From Sandaracinaceae bacterium (GTDB lineage: Bacteria; Myxococcota_A; Polyangia; Polyangiales; Sandaracinaceae), in assembly GCA_044220955.1 (NCBI GenBank), contig JBGAQA010000039.1, positions 1-56,298 of the forward strand: DNA of 56,298 nucleotides. The letters run 5' to 3'. How positions within the stretch are numbered: position 1 is the first letter of the stretch; each line of letters begins with the position of its first letter. A model generated the notes under the pieces. The model did no database searches. It was not told where the DNA came from and saw only the letters and a list, made by a program, of their open reading frames with translations. Both the position numbers and the translations under genes were made by a program. Of the stretch, positions 46,871-56,298 are shown piece by piece.

Positions 46871-48079
46871 TCAGGCTCCGCACGACGAGAGCGGCCAGAG
46901 GAAGGACGGGAACGCGGGCCCGGGGCGCGCCAGGGCGAACCCCTGGAAGAGGTCGCACCCGAGATCGCGCGTCGTCCGCAGCTCGGCCGCCGTCTCGATG
47001 CCCTCCGCGACGACGCGCATCCCGAGGTCGTGGCTGAGGCTCGTGAACGACGCGATCACCTTCTGCTTCGTGGTGTCCGTGTCCACGTCGCGCACGAGCG
47101 TCATGTCGAGCTTGACCACCTCGGGCTCGAGCAGCGCGAACGACGTCAGACCGGCGTAGCCCGCGCCGAGGTCGTCGACCGCGATGCGGTACCCGAGCTC
47201 GCGCAGCTGCGCGACGCGGGCGCGCACGCCCTTGTTGCCGGTGAGCGAGCTCCGCTCGGTGATCTCGAGCACGACGCGGCTCGCCATGGATCCGAGCGGC
47301 GTCTCGGCGTCCATCAGGCTCGGGTGGTCGAGATCCCGCGGGTGCAGGTTCACGAAGAGGACCCCGGCGTCGGCCGTCCCGAGGACCGCCTCCGCGGAGA
47401 GGTCGCGCATGCGTGTCCCGAGCTCGTCGAGCATGCCGAGCCGCTCGGCGGCGTCGATCACCGCACCCGGATGGGGGAGCGAGGGCTCGCGGGCACGCAG
47501 CAGCGCCTCGTGGCCGAAGAGCAGACCTTCGCGGTCGATGATGGGCTGGTACGCGGGCCAGAGCGAGCTCATGGCGCGACCGAACGCCGAGGTGAGCTCC
47601 GCGAGGTCCAACGCAGCGCCCGCGCGCGCCCCGGCGGCCTCCATGGCCGCCCGCTTCAGGCGACCGAGCCGGCTCAGCCCGACGGCCCGCGCGGTGGTCT
47701 CGGCGAGGCGCTCGAACATCGGCTTGGTCACGTAGTCGAAGACCCCGTACGCCATCGCGCCGACCGCAGTGTCCAGCGTCGGAGCACCCGTCACGAGGAT
47801 CACGGGCACGTCGCCGTCTCGCTCCCGGATGGCCGCGAGCAGCTCGAGGCCCGACATGCCCGGCATCGTGATGTCGGACACCACGGCGTCGACGTTCCCC
47901 GATGCGAGCACGCCGAGGGCCGCCGCGGCGCCGTCCACGGCGACCACCTGCTGGCCGCTGCGCTCGAGGACGCGGGTGATCGCGCGTCGGACGAGATCTT
48001 CGTCGTCGACCACCAGCACGGACCCCCTCGTGCTCGCGGAGCCCTGCTTGCCAGGCGACGCCAAGAGATCGATCGCCAT
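46871..48079 (-). CDS. Response regulator with EAL domain (c-di-GMP phosphodiesterase)
   Basis: VLVVDDE, SDITMPG; YQPI, HEALLR, LEITE, AVDDLGAGYAGL, KLD, VAEGIE, QGF. Confidence 0.93.
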   Translation of the reverse strand: MAIDLLASPGKQGSASTRGSVLVVDDEDLVRRAITRVLERSGQQVVAVDGAAAALGVLASGNVDAVVSDITMPGMSGLELLAAIRERDGDVPVILVTGAPTLDTAVGAMAYGVFDYVTKPMFERLAETTARAVGLSRLGRLKRAAMEAAGARAGAALDLAELTSAFGRAMSSLWPAYQPIIDREGLLFGHEALLRAREPSLPHPGAVIDAAERLGMLDELGTRMRDLSAEAVLGTADAGVLFVNLHPRDLDHPSLMDAETPLGSMASRVVLEITERSSLTGNKGVRARVAQLRELGYRIAVDDLGAGYAGLTSFALLEPEVVKLDMTLVRDVDTDTTKQKVIASFTSLSHDLGMRVVAEGIETAAELRTTRDLGCDLFQGFALARPGPAFPSFLWPLSSCGA

Positions 48080-48206
48080 CAGCGCGCCCCCCGTGCGCAG
48101 GGCCCGTCGCTGCGGTCGTGCGCCGCCGTGTCCCCCGCGCCGTCCACCACGCGTCCAGTGTTCTCGGGTTCTGCCGCCGCTGTCAATCCTGGGTGAGGTG
48201 CCCCGC

Positions 48207-48887
48207 TCAGAACGCCCCGAGCAGCACCTCGAGCCCGACGCTGATCTGCACGGCGATGTTCGGCCCGAACCCGTCGCTCCGACGCACCCCGTCCCGGGTG
48301 GAGAAGTAGCCGGTCGCGAGCGCCCACAGCTCGGCGTCGACGTCGAGCACCAGCACGTCGGTGAGCTCGATCTCCGCGCCCGCGCCGGCGGTCACCGAGC
48401 CGCCCGCGGACGCGACGGTGGTCGTGTCGCCGAACGCGAGGAAGCCCGCGAGCGCCTCGAGATAGGGGTGCACGATCGAGGACTGATCGATCACGTAGCG
48501 CGCGCCGATGCGCGCCGAGTGCATGATGCCGATCTCGTAGAGCGAGCTCGCGTCGATGATCCAGGCGTCGTAGCGGGACAGGAAACCCCAGCCGTCCGGC
48601 CAGCGGCGCTCGACGCCGACGCCGACGCCGACGCCGGCGTTGAAGACGCACTGGTGACCGCCGGGGCAGAGCGCGTCGCGATACGCCGGGATGATCGCAG
48701 CCCCGCGGATCTCCAGCGTCACGTCCGGGGGCAGCGCCTCGGGAGGCGGCGGCGGCGTGACGTGGTGCGTCCCGGCGGGGTCCGCGTCGTTCTCCGTCTC
48801 CGCGGCGAGCTGCGCGCGGGCCGGCCCGGCGCCGAGCGCCAGCGCGAGCGCGAGCGCGAGGGCGGAGGTCAGACGTCGGTCGCACAC
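48207..48887 (-). CDS. Putative small outer-membrane beta-barrel protein
   Basis: Signal peptide ending ARA-Q, alternating beta strands, terminal Phe. Confidence 0.6.
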   Translation of the reverse strand: MCDRRLTSALALALALALGAGPARAQLAAETENDADPAGTHHVTPPPPPEALPPDVTLEIRGAAIIPAYRDALCPGGHQCVFNAGVGVGVGVERRWPDGWGFLSRYDAWIIDASSLYEIGIMHSARIGARYVIDQSSIVHPYLEALAGFLAFGDTTTVASAGGSVTAGAGAEIELTDVLVLDVDAELWALATGYFSTRDGVRRSDGFGPNIAVQISVGLEVLLGAF

Positions 48888-49027
48888 CCCGGGGACTCTA
48901 CCGGGGGGGCCAGGCGAGGGCGAGCGCGGCGCTCGTCCCGCGCGGGCGCACGCGAGCGATGCGAGTCGACTAGGTCGTGGGTGCGCTGCCCCGCCGGGGA
49001 CACGGCGCGCTACGATGCGACGGCTCG

Positions 49028-49772
49028 ATGAGCGCCTACCGCGACGATGCCGAGACCCTGCGCGCGCGCGTCGACGAGCTCGAGCGCGAGCTCGCCGCGC
49101 TGCGCGCCGGCGGCCCCGCACCGGTGCTCGACCGGTCTTCGCTCGCCGCCCGGGTGTTCGGCGCCCCCATGGCCCTCTCGACCGAGTGCGTGATCGATGC
49201 CCCGCTCGACGATGCGCGCCTCGAGGAGATCCTCGAGACCCTGCGCGAGCGGCTTGCGATGGTTGGCACGGTCACGCGCACGACGGCCCAGGGTGCGGTC
49301 GTGTGGCAGTCCGGCCCGCCCGCCGTGCAGCGCATCATCGAGGTCGTCGTCCGACCGGACGGGGACCGCACGCGGGTCCGCATCGTCGAACGTCTCGCGC
49401 AGCTCGTCGGCGGGCTCTTCGGCGGCGTCGTCGGGGGCGTCGGAGGTGGCATCGGCATGGGACTCGGCGTGCCGCTGATGATCGCGCTGCACGCGGCCTG
49501 GCTCCTGCCCGTGACGATCCCCCTGACGGTGCTCGGCGCCTGGCTCGCGGTGCGCGCCGGGTTCGCGGCGCTGGCGCGCGGGCGGCGGCGCGAGCTGGAG
49601 GCCCTGACGTCGGAGCTCGCGCGCTTGGGTGAGGTCGTGCCCAAGACGCGGGTCGCCGACGTCGAGCGCGAGGACGCGCGCGAGCGCGAACGCGACGACG
49701 CGCACGCCCGCGACTCGCGGCCCGGCGAAGGGCGCTCGGCGGCGCGGATCGGGAGCCCCGGGCGGCGGTCGA

Positions 49773-49786
<14 letters not shown>
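49028..49786 (+). CDS. Hypothetical membrane protein (coiled coil plus Gly-rich TM hairpin)
   Basis: N-terminal coiled coil; [18 protein letters not shown]. Confidence 0.65.
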
Positions 49787-50654
<868 letters not shown>

Positions 50655-50678
50655 GCGGCGAGCCTACGCGAGCCGCGC

Positions 50679-51092
50679 TCACTTCGCGCGCATGCGGTTG
50701 TTCTTGGGCGCGTGCTCCAGCTCCGCGAGCCCGAGGTGCTCGAGGACGGGCGGCACGTACATGCCGAAGCGGCCCCGCAGGCCCTTCTTCGTTCCATACC
50801 AGCCGGCCACCGGGTTCTTCGTCGAGCGACCCCAGGCCTCCACGGTTCCCTCGGCCGCAGGCTTCTGCTCGTCGGCGCTGCCGAGCGGCATCCAGTCCCC
50901 GTGCGCCTTCAGCATCGCGTGCAGGTCGTCGATGCAGCGCAGCTGGTAGCGAAGCTGGGTCTTGCCGACCTGCACGACGAGCGCGTCGTCCTCCGTCCAG
51001 ACCTCGTACTCGGAGGTCCCCGGCGGCGTCCGCAGCGAGAGGGGCGCCTTCGCGGTGTAGCTCGACAGATCGCTCTTCTTCTTCGTCGCCAT
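50679..51092 (-). CDS. Conserved hypothetical protein (DUF6855-like, from recall)
   Basis: LRTPPGTSEY, LGSADEQKPA, GLRGRFGMY, NNRMRA. Confidence 0.75.
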   Translation of the reverse strand: MATKKKSDLSSYTAKAPLSLRTPPGTSEYEVWTEDDALVVQVGKTQLRYQLRCIDDLHAMLKAHGDWMPLGSADEQKPAAEGTVEAWGRSTKNPVAGWYGTKKGLRGRFGMYVPPVLEHLGLAELEHAPKNNRMRAK

Positions 51093-51097
51093 GGTCT

Positions 51098-51550
51098 TCA
51101 CCCTTTCTCCGCTGCGCGCTTGAGGTCGGCAGCGTACTGATCGAACACGGGCCGGAAGTCCGGCAGGGAGCCCTTGATCATGGGGAGCATCAGGCCCGCG
51201 AAGGTCTCGACCATCGAGAAGGTCGTGGTCTTCCCGTCGGGCCCCGGCGCCAGCGTGAACGTGCGCTCGCCGCGGAACATCGGCGCCATTCCGTCTGCCC
51301 AGACCATCCGCGTGCCGGCCTCGAGCTCCACCACGCGCGGCGTGAAGGTGCGGTCCGAGATCGGGACCTTGATCGCGAGCTTCTCGCCCTTGGCGATCGT
51401 CCCGTCGATCGACTTCACCGTCGAGTTCCACGTCGGGAACGACCTGGCGTCCGTGAGACGCGACCACACGGCCGCGGCGGGCGCCGCGATGTCGATCGAG
51501 ACGGCGTAGGACATCCGGAACGTGGACTCGGTCTTCTGCGCTGCGCTCAT
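51098..51550 (-). CDS. SRPBCC / polyketide cyclase-like protein
   Basis: IDIAAPAAAVWSRLTD...WN, ADLKRAAE; GAGGAG ribosome-binding site. Confidence 0.88.
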   Translation of the reverse strand: MSAAQKTESTFRMSYAVSIDIAAPAAAVWSRLTDARSFPTWNSTVKSIDGTIAKGEKLAIKVPISDRTFTPRVVELEAGTRMVWADGMAPMFRGERTFTLAPGPDGKTTTFSMVETFAGLMLPMIKGSLPDFRPVFDQYAADLKRAAEKG

Positions 51551-51700
51551 GAAATCTCCTCGGTGTTTCCAGGCTCTCGACCCGACGACGGACGACCCGG
51601 GCGAAAGGATGCGCTCGCCCGCGCGTGTTTTCACCGCCGGCCGCGCTCGCCGAGGCCCGACGGCGTTGCAAGCGCGCGGGGGCGATGCCACAACGCCGCG

Positions 51701-52762
51701 GTGGACGCGCGCGATCTCGACTACTCGCTCCCCGAGGAGCTGATCGCCCAGGAGCCCCCTGCCGAGCGGGACGGCGCGCGCTTGCTGGTGCTCGACCGCG
51801 AGCGCGGGACCTTCACGCATCGCCGCGTGCTGGACCTGGCCGAGCTCGTCCTGCCCGCGCTCTTCGTCGTGAACGACACGCGGGTGCTCCCCGCCCGCAT
51901 GTTCGCGCGCAAGCCGACCGGTGGCCGCATCGAGCTGCTCCTGATCGAGCGCCTCGAGAGCGACGCGGGCGGGACGCGCGAGGTGTGGTCGGCGCTCGCG
52001 CGCGGGAGCAAGGCGCTCCGGCCGGGGATCGTGCTCTCGATCGAGGGCGCGGAGCTGCGCGCCACCCTGCGCGCGCTGCGTGAGGGCGGCGAGGTCGAGC
52101 TCGAGCTCGCGGCGGAGGGCGGCGTTCGGGCGGCCATCGGCGCCGCGGGCCACGTCCCGCTCCCGCCCTACGTGCGACGCGAGCCCGACGCGCGTGACGC
52201 GGAACGCTACCAGACGGTCTTCGCGGCGCGCGAGGGCTCGGTGGCGGCGCCGACGGCGGGGCTGCACTTCTCGGATCGCTTGCTCTCGGCGCTCGGCAAG
52301 GCCGGTCACGGCATCGCCCGCGTCACGCTCCACGTCGGGCCCGGTACGTTCGCGCCGCTGCGCTCGGACGACCTCGCCGAGCATCGCATGCACGCCGAGC
52401 GCTACGAGGTGCCGCGCGAGACGGTGCACGCGATCACGGCCGCCCGCGCCGAGGGACGCCCAGTGATCGCGGTCGGCACGACCACGTGCCGCGCGCTCGA
52501 GAGCGCCGCGGAGCAAGACGGATCGGTGCGCGTCGGCCCGGGGGAGACGGCGCTCTTCATCCATCCGCCGTACCGCTTCCGCGTGATCGACGCCCTGATG
52601 ACGAACTTCCACCTGCCGCGCTCGACCTTGCTCGCGCTCGTCATGGCGTTCGGCGGCGTCGAGAGCGTGAAGGCCGCTTACGCCGAGGCCGTGCGCGAGA
52701 AGTACCGCTTCTACAGCTACGGCGACGCGATGCTCGTGCGCTCCGCGCGCCACGCGCGATAG
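51701..52762 (+). CDS. queA: S-adenosylmethionine:tRNA ribosyltransferase-isomerase
   Basis: DYSLPEELIAQEP, NDTRV, PLPPY, YQTVFA, GSVAAPTAGLHF, TNFHLPRST, FYSYGDAM. Confidence 0.97.
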   Translation: MDARDLDYSLPEELIAQEPPAERDGARLLVLDRERGTFTHRRVLDLAELVLPALFVVNDTRVLPARMFARKPTGGRIELLLIERLESDAGGTREVWSALARGSKALRPGIVLSIEGAELRATLRALREGGEVELELAAEGGVRAAIGAAGHVPLPPYVRREPDARDAERYQTVFAAREGSVAAPTAGLHFSDRLLSALGKAGHGIARVTLHVGPGTFAPLRSDDLAEHRMHAERYEVPRETVHAITAARAEGRPVIAVGTTTCRALESAAEQDGSVRVGPGETALFIHPPYRFRVIDALMTNFHLPRSTLLALVMAFGGVESVKAAYAEAVREKYRFYSYGDAMLVRSARHAR

Positions 52763-52871
52763 GGCGAAGGAGCGCGTCCGCGCCGAGCGGGCGATGGACG
52801 CTCGCGTCCTCGACCGAGACGAGCGCGCAGCGCGCGCCTCGGCCGACGACGGCGAGACGTGAGCACGTCGG

Positions 52872-53165
52872 TCAGTTCTTGGGAGGCTCGGTCGACCACT
52901 CGCGCATCGCCTGATCGCCGGGGCGATCGGCGTGGATGCGGTCGTCGACGCTCGCGATCCACGCGAGCGGGATGTAGTGGTGGACGCCCTTGTCGTCCTT
53001 CTTGAGCTTGATCGTGGCCGGGCCCTGCATGTGGTCGACGACGCCGAACGCGACGTCGTTCGAGCAGACGACCTTCATCTCGGGCTTGATCTGGGCGGGC
53101 GTGATGCTGCCCTTCGTGGCGGTCGGGGGCGTCTTGACGGGCTGCTTGTTCTCGTTCGGATTCAT
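52872..53165 (-). CDS. DUF2171 family protein
   Basis: IKPEMKVVCS...GVVDH...IKLKKDD...HHYIPLAWIASVD. Confidence 0.8.
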   Translation of the reverse strand: MNPNENKQPVKTPPTATKGSITPAQIKPEMKVVCSNDVAFGVVDHMQGPATIKLKKDDKGVHHYIPLAWIASVDDRIHADRPGDQAMREWSTEPPKN

Positions 53166-53422
53166 CGGAGCTCCTATCGCGCCGGCATGTCGGCGCCCGG
53201 CGTCCGAAGCAGCACGCGTGCCACGAGCGTCGCGCCCAGAGACCACGGCATCGCACGCACGCGCGCGCGCCCGCGCCCTCGCCGCGCTCCGAATGCCCTC
53301 CGCGGATGTCTCACTGGGACACGCGCGCACCCCGCGCGAGCATCCCGCCCGTGGCACGCGATCTGCTGCTCACGCGAGTGCCTCCAGGTCTCCCCGATCG
53401 CGCGAGGCGAGGGAGCCGAGCC

Positions 53423-53752
53423 ATGACCTCACCACTCAGCCGTTTGCTTCGATGGACCGCGACGAGCTGCGTGCTCGCAGCGTGCGGCGCGAGCGCGCCA
53501 CCTCTGCCCGCGCCGCCCCGGCTCGCGGCGCTCGCCGCGATCGAGGTCGCGGAGGCGCACGGCGCCCACGACACGCGCGCGAGCCTGATCCAGCTCGCGC
53601 TGGCCAACGAGGAGCTGCAGCTCGCCGACGAGCAGGCCGACGCGGGGAACATGAGGGAGGCGGCGCTCCTGCTCGACAAGGCGGAGGCCGACGCCGAGCG
53701 CGCGACCGATCTGATGATCGCGCTGCATCGAGCGGACGCTGGGGTCGAGTAG
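53423..53752 (+). CDS. DUF4398-like lipoprotein
   Basis: LAAC lipobox; AEAHGA...LALANEEL...KAEADAERA. Confidence 0.7.
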   Translation: MTSPLSRLLRWTATSCVLAACGASAPPLPAPPRLAALAAIEVAEAHGAHDTRASLIQLALANEELQLADEQADAGNMREAALLLDKAEADAERATDLMIALHRADAGVE

Positions 53753-53808
53753 GCGCGCCGTGCGACCCCGTGGCGCTCGCGCTCGATCCGTCGCACCTTG
53801 CGCCGCGC

Positions 53809-54993
53809 ATGCGCAGCGCCGGCTTCTCGTTCACCGAGCTCGCCTCGGACGGCCACGCGCGCCGCGGGCGCTTCGTCACCCCGCGCGCGACCATCGAGAC
53901 GCCGGTGTTCATGCCCGTGGGCACCCTCGCGAGCGTGAAGTCGCAGACGCCGGACGAGGTCGCCGCGACCGGCGCGCGCATCATCCTCGCGAACACCTAC
54001 CACCTCTGGCTGCGCCCGGGCGCCCAGCGCATCGCGCAGCTGGGCGGCGTGCCGAGGTTCATGGGCTGGCCGCACGCGATGCTCACGGACAGCGGGGGCT
54101 TCCAGGTCTTCTCGCTCTCGGGCCTGAACGCGATCGACGACGACGGCGTCACGTTCAAGTCGCACCTCGACGGCCGCAAGCTGCGCCTCACGCCCGAGGA
54201 GTCGATGCGCGTGCAGGCGCTCCTCGGCGCGGACGTCGCGATGGCGTTCGACGAGTGCCCGCCCGGTGACGGCGCGCCCGAGGTGATCGACCGCGCGCTC
54301 TCGCGCACGACCGAGTGGGCACGGCGCTGCCTTCGCGCGCCCTGGCGCGAGGGGCAGGCGCGCTTCGGCATCGTGCAGGGCGGCACGGACGTGGACCGCC
54401 GGCGGGCGCACCTCGAGACGATCGCGACGATGAGCGAGGACGGGCGCGACTTCGACGGCATCGCGATGGGCGGCTTCTCGGTCGGCGAGCCCATCCCCGA
54501 GATGTACCGCGCGCTCGACGTCGTCGGGCACGAGATGCCCCGCGATCGCCCCCGCTACCTCATGGGCGTCGGCACGCCCTACGACCTGCTGCAAGGCATG
54601 GGGGCGGGGATCGATCTCTTCGACTGCGTGCTGCCCACGCGCAACGCGCGCAACGGGCAGGCGCTCACGTGGTCGGGGCGCGTGAACCTCAAGCAGGCGC
54701 GCCACGGCACGGACGAGCGGCCCCTCGACGCGCGCTGCGAGTGCCCCTGCTGCACGCGCTTCACGCGCGCGTACCTGCACCACCTCGTGAAGGCCGAGGA
54801 GATGCTCGGCGCGCGGCTCGTCACGCAGCACAACCTGCACTTCTACGGGGCGCTCACGCGCGCGGGGCGCGAGGCGATCGAGGCCGGGCGCTACGCGAGC
54901 TTCGCGGACGAGACGGTACGCGCGATGCGCGAGGGCGACGAGATCGGCACGGCCGACCCGCGGACGAGCGCGTGGAAGCCCAAGAAGAGGTAA
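53809..54993 (+). CDS. tgt: Queuine tRNA-ribosyltransferase
   Basis: ETPVFMPVGT, LANTYHL, TDSGGFQVFSL, GIVQGG, YLMGVG, FDCVLPTRNAR, CECPCC, HNL. Confidence 0.97.
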   Translation: MRSAGFSFTELASDGHARRGRFVTPRATIETPVFMPVGTLASVKSQTPDEVAATGARIILANTYHLWLRPGAQRIAQLGGVPRFMGWPHAMLTDSGGFQVFSLSGLNAIDDDGVTFKSHLDGRKLRLTPEESMRVQALLGADVAMAFDECPPGDGAPEVIDRALSRTTEWARRCLRAPWREGQARFGIVQGGTDVDRRRAHLETIATMSEDGRDFDGIAMGGFSVGEPIPEMYRALDVVGHEMPRDRPRYLMGVGTPYDLLQGMGAGIDLFDCVLPTRNARNGQALTWSGRVNLKQARHGTDERPLDARCECPCCTRFTRAYLHHLVKAEEMLGARLVTQHNLHFYGALTRAGREAIEAGRYASFADETVRAMREGDEIGTADPRTSAWKPKKR

Positions 54994-55003
54994 CGTCCCG
55001 CGG

Positions 55004-55885
55004 ATGAACGGACGTGCGTGGGCGCTCTGCGTGGCGGGGCTCGTGGGCGGATGCAGCGGCAGCGCGGGGGGTGCGGACGCCGGAGGGCGCGGGGACTCCG
55101 GGATGGCGGATGCGGGCGCGGGCGAGGATGCGGGCGCGGGCGAGGATGCGGGCGCGGGCCAGGATGTGGGCGCGGGCGGGGATGCGGGAGCGGGCGGGGA
55201 TGCGGGAGCCAGCCAGCTCACCGGCACGATCGTCCCGCTCTACACCGACCCGAGCGACGCGACGTGGACCGAGATCAGGACGGCGGCGGGCGCACACCCG
55301 AGCGTGCGGGTCGTCGCGATCATCAACCCGAGCGACGGGCCGACCGCGACGCGCGACCCGGCGTACGCGAGCGGCATCACCGCGCTGCGCGCCGCGGGCG
55401 TCGTCGTGATCGGCTACGTCGCGACCGGCTACGGCGCGCGCGCGACGTCCGCCGTGAACGCCGACGTCGATCTCTACGTCGCGCAGTACCCGGATCTCGA
55501 TGGCATCTTCTTCGACGAGGCGGCGATCTACGAGACGGGCCACGAGACGACCTACACGGAGGAGTCGACGCACGCGCGCGCCGCCGGGTACGGCCTGCTC
55601 GTCGCGAACCCGGGCACGACGCCCGACGCCGCGTACGACGGGCTCTTCGACGTCGCGATGGTGTACGAGACGGACGGAGCGCCGGCCGAGAGCGCGCTCG
55701 CTCGGTTCGCGTCGCAGCGGGAGCGCTGCGCGATCATCCCGTACGCGGTCGCGTCGCTCGACGCGGCGTACGTGGCCTCCATCCGCCCCGACGTCGCGTA
55801 CGTGTACCTGACCGACGACGACCTGCCGAACCCCTGGGACACTCTGCCCTCGTACTTCGACGCGCTGCTCGCCGCGCTGGAGTAG
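55004..55885 (+). CDS. Spherulin-4 / GH135-like lipoprotein
   Basis: VGGC lipobox; IVPLY, AIINPSDGP, IGYVATGY, DGIFFDE, NPGT, YVYLTD, NPWDTLPSY. Confidence 0.85.
   Translation: MNGRAWALCVAGLVGGCSGSAGGADAGGRGDSGMADAGAGEDAGAGEDAGAGQDVGAGGDAGAGGDAGASQLTGTIVPLYTDPSDATWTEIRTAAGAHPSVRVVAIINPSDGPTATRDPAYASGITALRAAGVVVIGYVATGYGARATSAVNADVDLYVAQYPDLDGIFFDEAAIYETGHETTYTEESTHARAAGYGLLVANPGTTPDAAYDGLFDVAMVYETDGAPAESALARFASQRERCAIIPYAVASLDAAYVASIRPDVAYVYLTDDDLPNPWDTLPSYFDALLAALE
55109..55210 (+). repeat. 18-bp in-frame tandem repeat encoding a DAGAG(E/Q/G) linker, about 5.7 copies
   Basis: Units begin at 55109, 55127, 55145, 55163, 55181 and 55199. Confidence 0.9.
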
Positions 55886-55932
55886 GCCCGATCGTTCTGG
55901 CAATCGCGCGCCCGCCGCCCTACACCCGGGGC

Positions 55933-56298
55933 ATGGATGCCATGGAGCTGCTCGCGTCGCGTCGCTCGGTCTCGAAGCTGAAGGAGCCGGCGGCCGGCGC
56001 GGACGTGCTCGATCGCGTGATCCGCGCGGCGCTCCGCGCGCCCGACCACGGCGCGCTGCGGCCCTGGAAGATCCTGCTCTTCCGCGGCGAGGCGCGCAGC
56101 AAGCTCGGAGCGCTCTTCGTCGCCTCGGCGCAGCGTCGCAACCCCGCGGCGAGCGAGGGCGAGCTCGAGAAGGAGCGGAACAAGGTGCTGCGCGCGCCGC
56201 TCATGATCGCCGTCGCTGCCACGATCAAGCAGAGCCCGAAGGCCCCCGAGATCGAGCAGATGCTCTCGGCCGCGTGCGTGATGCATGGGCTCCTGCTC
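55933..56298 (+). CDS. Nitroreductase (YdjA-like), 3'-partial
   Basis: My translation gives MDAMELLASRRSVSKL...RAPDHGALRPW...LRAPLMIAV; the frame runs off the window end. Confidence 0.9.
   Translation, partial: MDAMELLASRRSVSKLKEPAAGADVLDRVIRAALRAPDHGALRPWKILLFRGEARSKLGALFVASAQRRNPAASEGELEKERNKVLRAPLMIAVAATIKQSPKAPEIEQMLSAACVMHGLLL

Overview
Very GC-rich, gene-dense bacterial DNA with about 52 CDS. I saw no rRNA, tRNA, CRISPR array or transposase. Two MYXO-CTERM-like C-termini, DAG-rich linkers, many Cys-rich lipoproteins and a sterol-desaturase-like gene suggest Myxococcota, possibly Polyangiales (inference). The main observation is an island at about 5.2-34 kb. It holds a translationally coupled FAAL-SDR-ACP-acyl-CoA dehydrogenase-B12 radical SAM operon followed by a second radical SAM gene and a convergent acyltransferase. 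It also holds three more B12-binding radical SAM genes, a HzsA-like multiheme lipoprotein, heme A synthase, a DUF59 Fe-S factor and a Cys-bearing Crp/Fnr regulator. Eight intergenic 14-bp FNR/FixK-type palindromes, TTG(A/C)-N6-(T/G)CAA, lie upstream of these genes, and five are centred 40.5-42.5 bp before the start codon. This suggests a low-oxygen-controlled regulon making an unusual radical-SAM-modified lipid from leaderless class II promoters. The rest of the window is housekeeping (zwf, gnd, pgl, queA, tgt), signalling (hybrid kinase, REC-EAL, ECF sigma) and secreted or surface proteins. All family calls come from motif recognition by eye; no searches were run.
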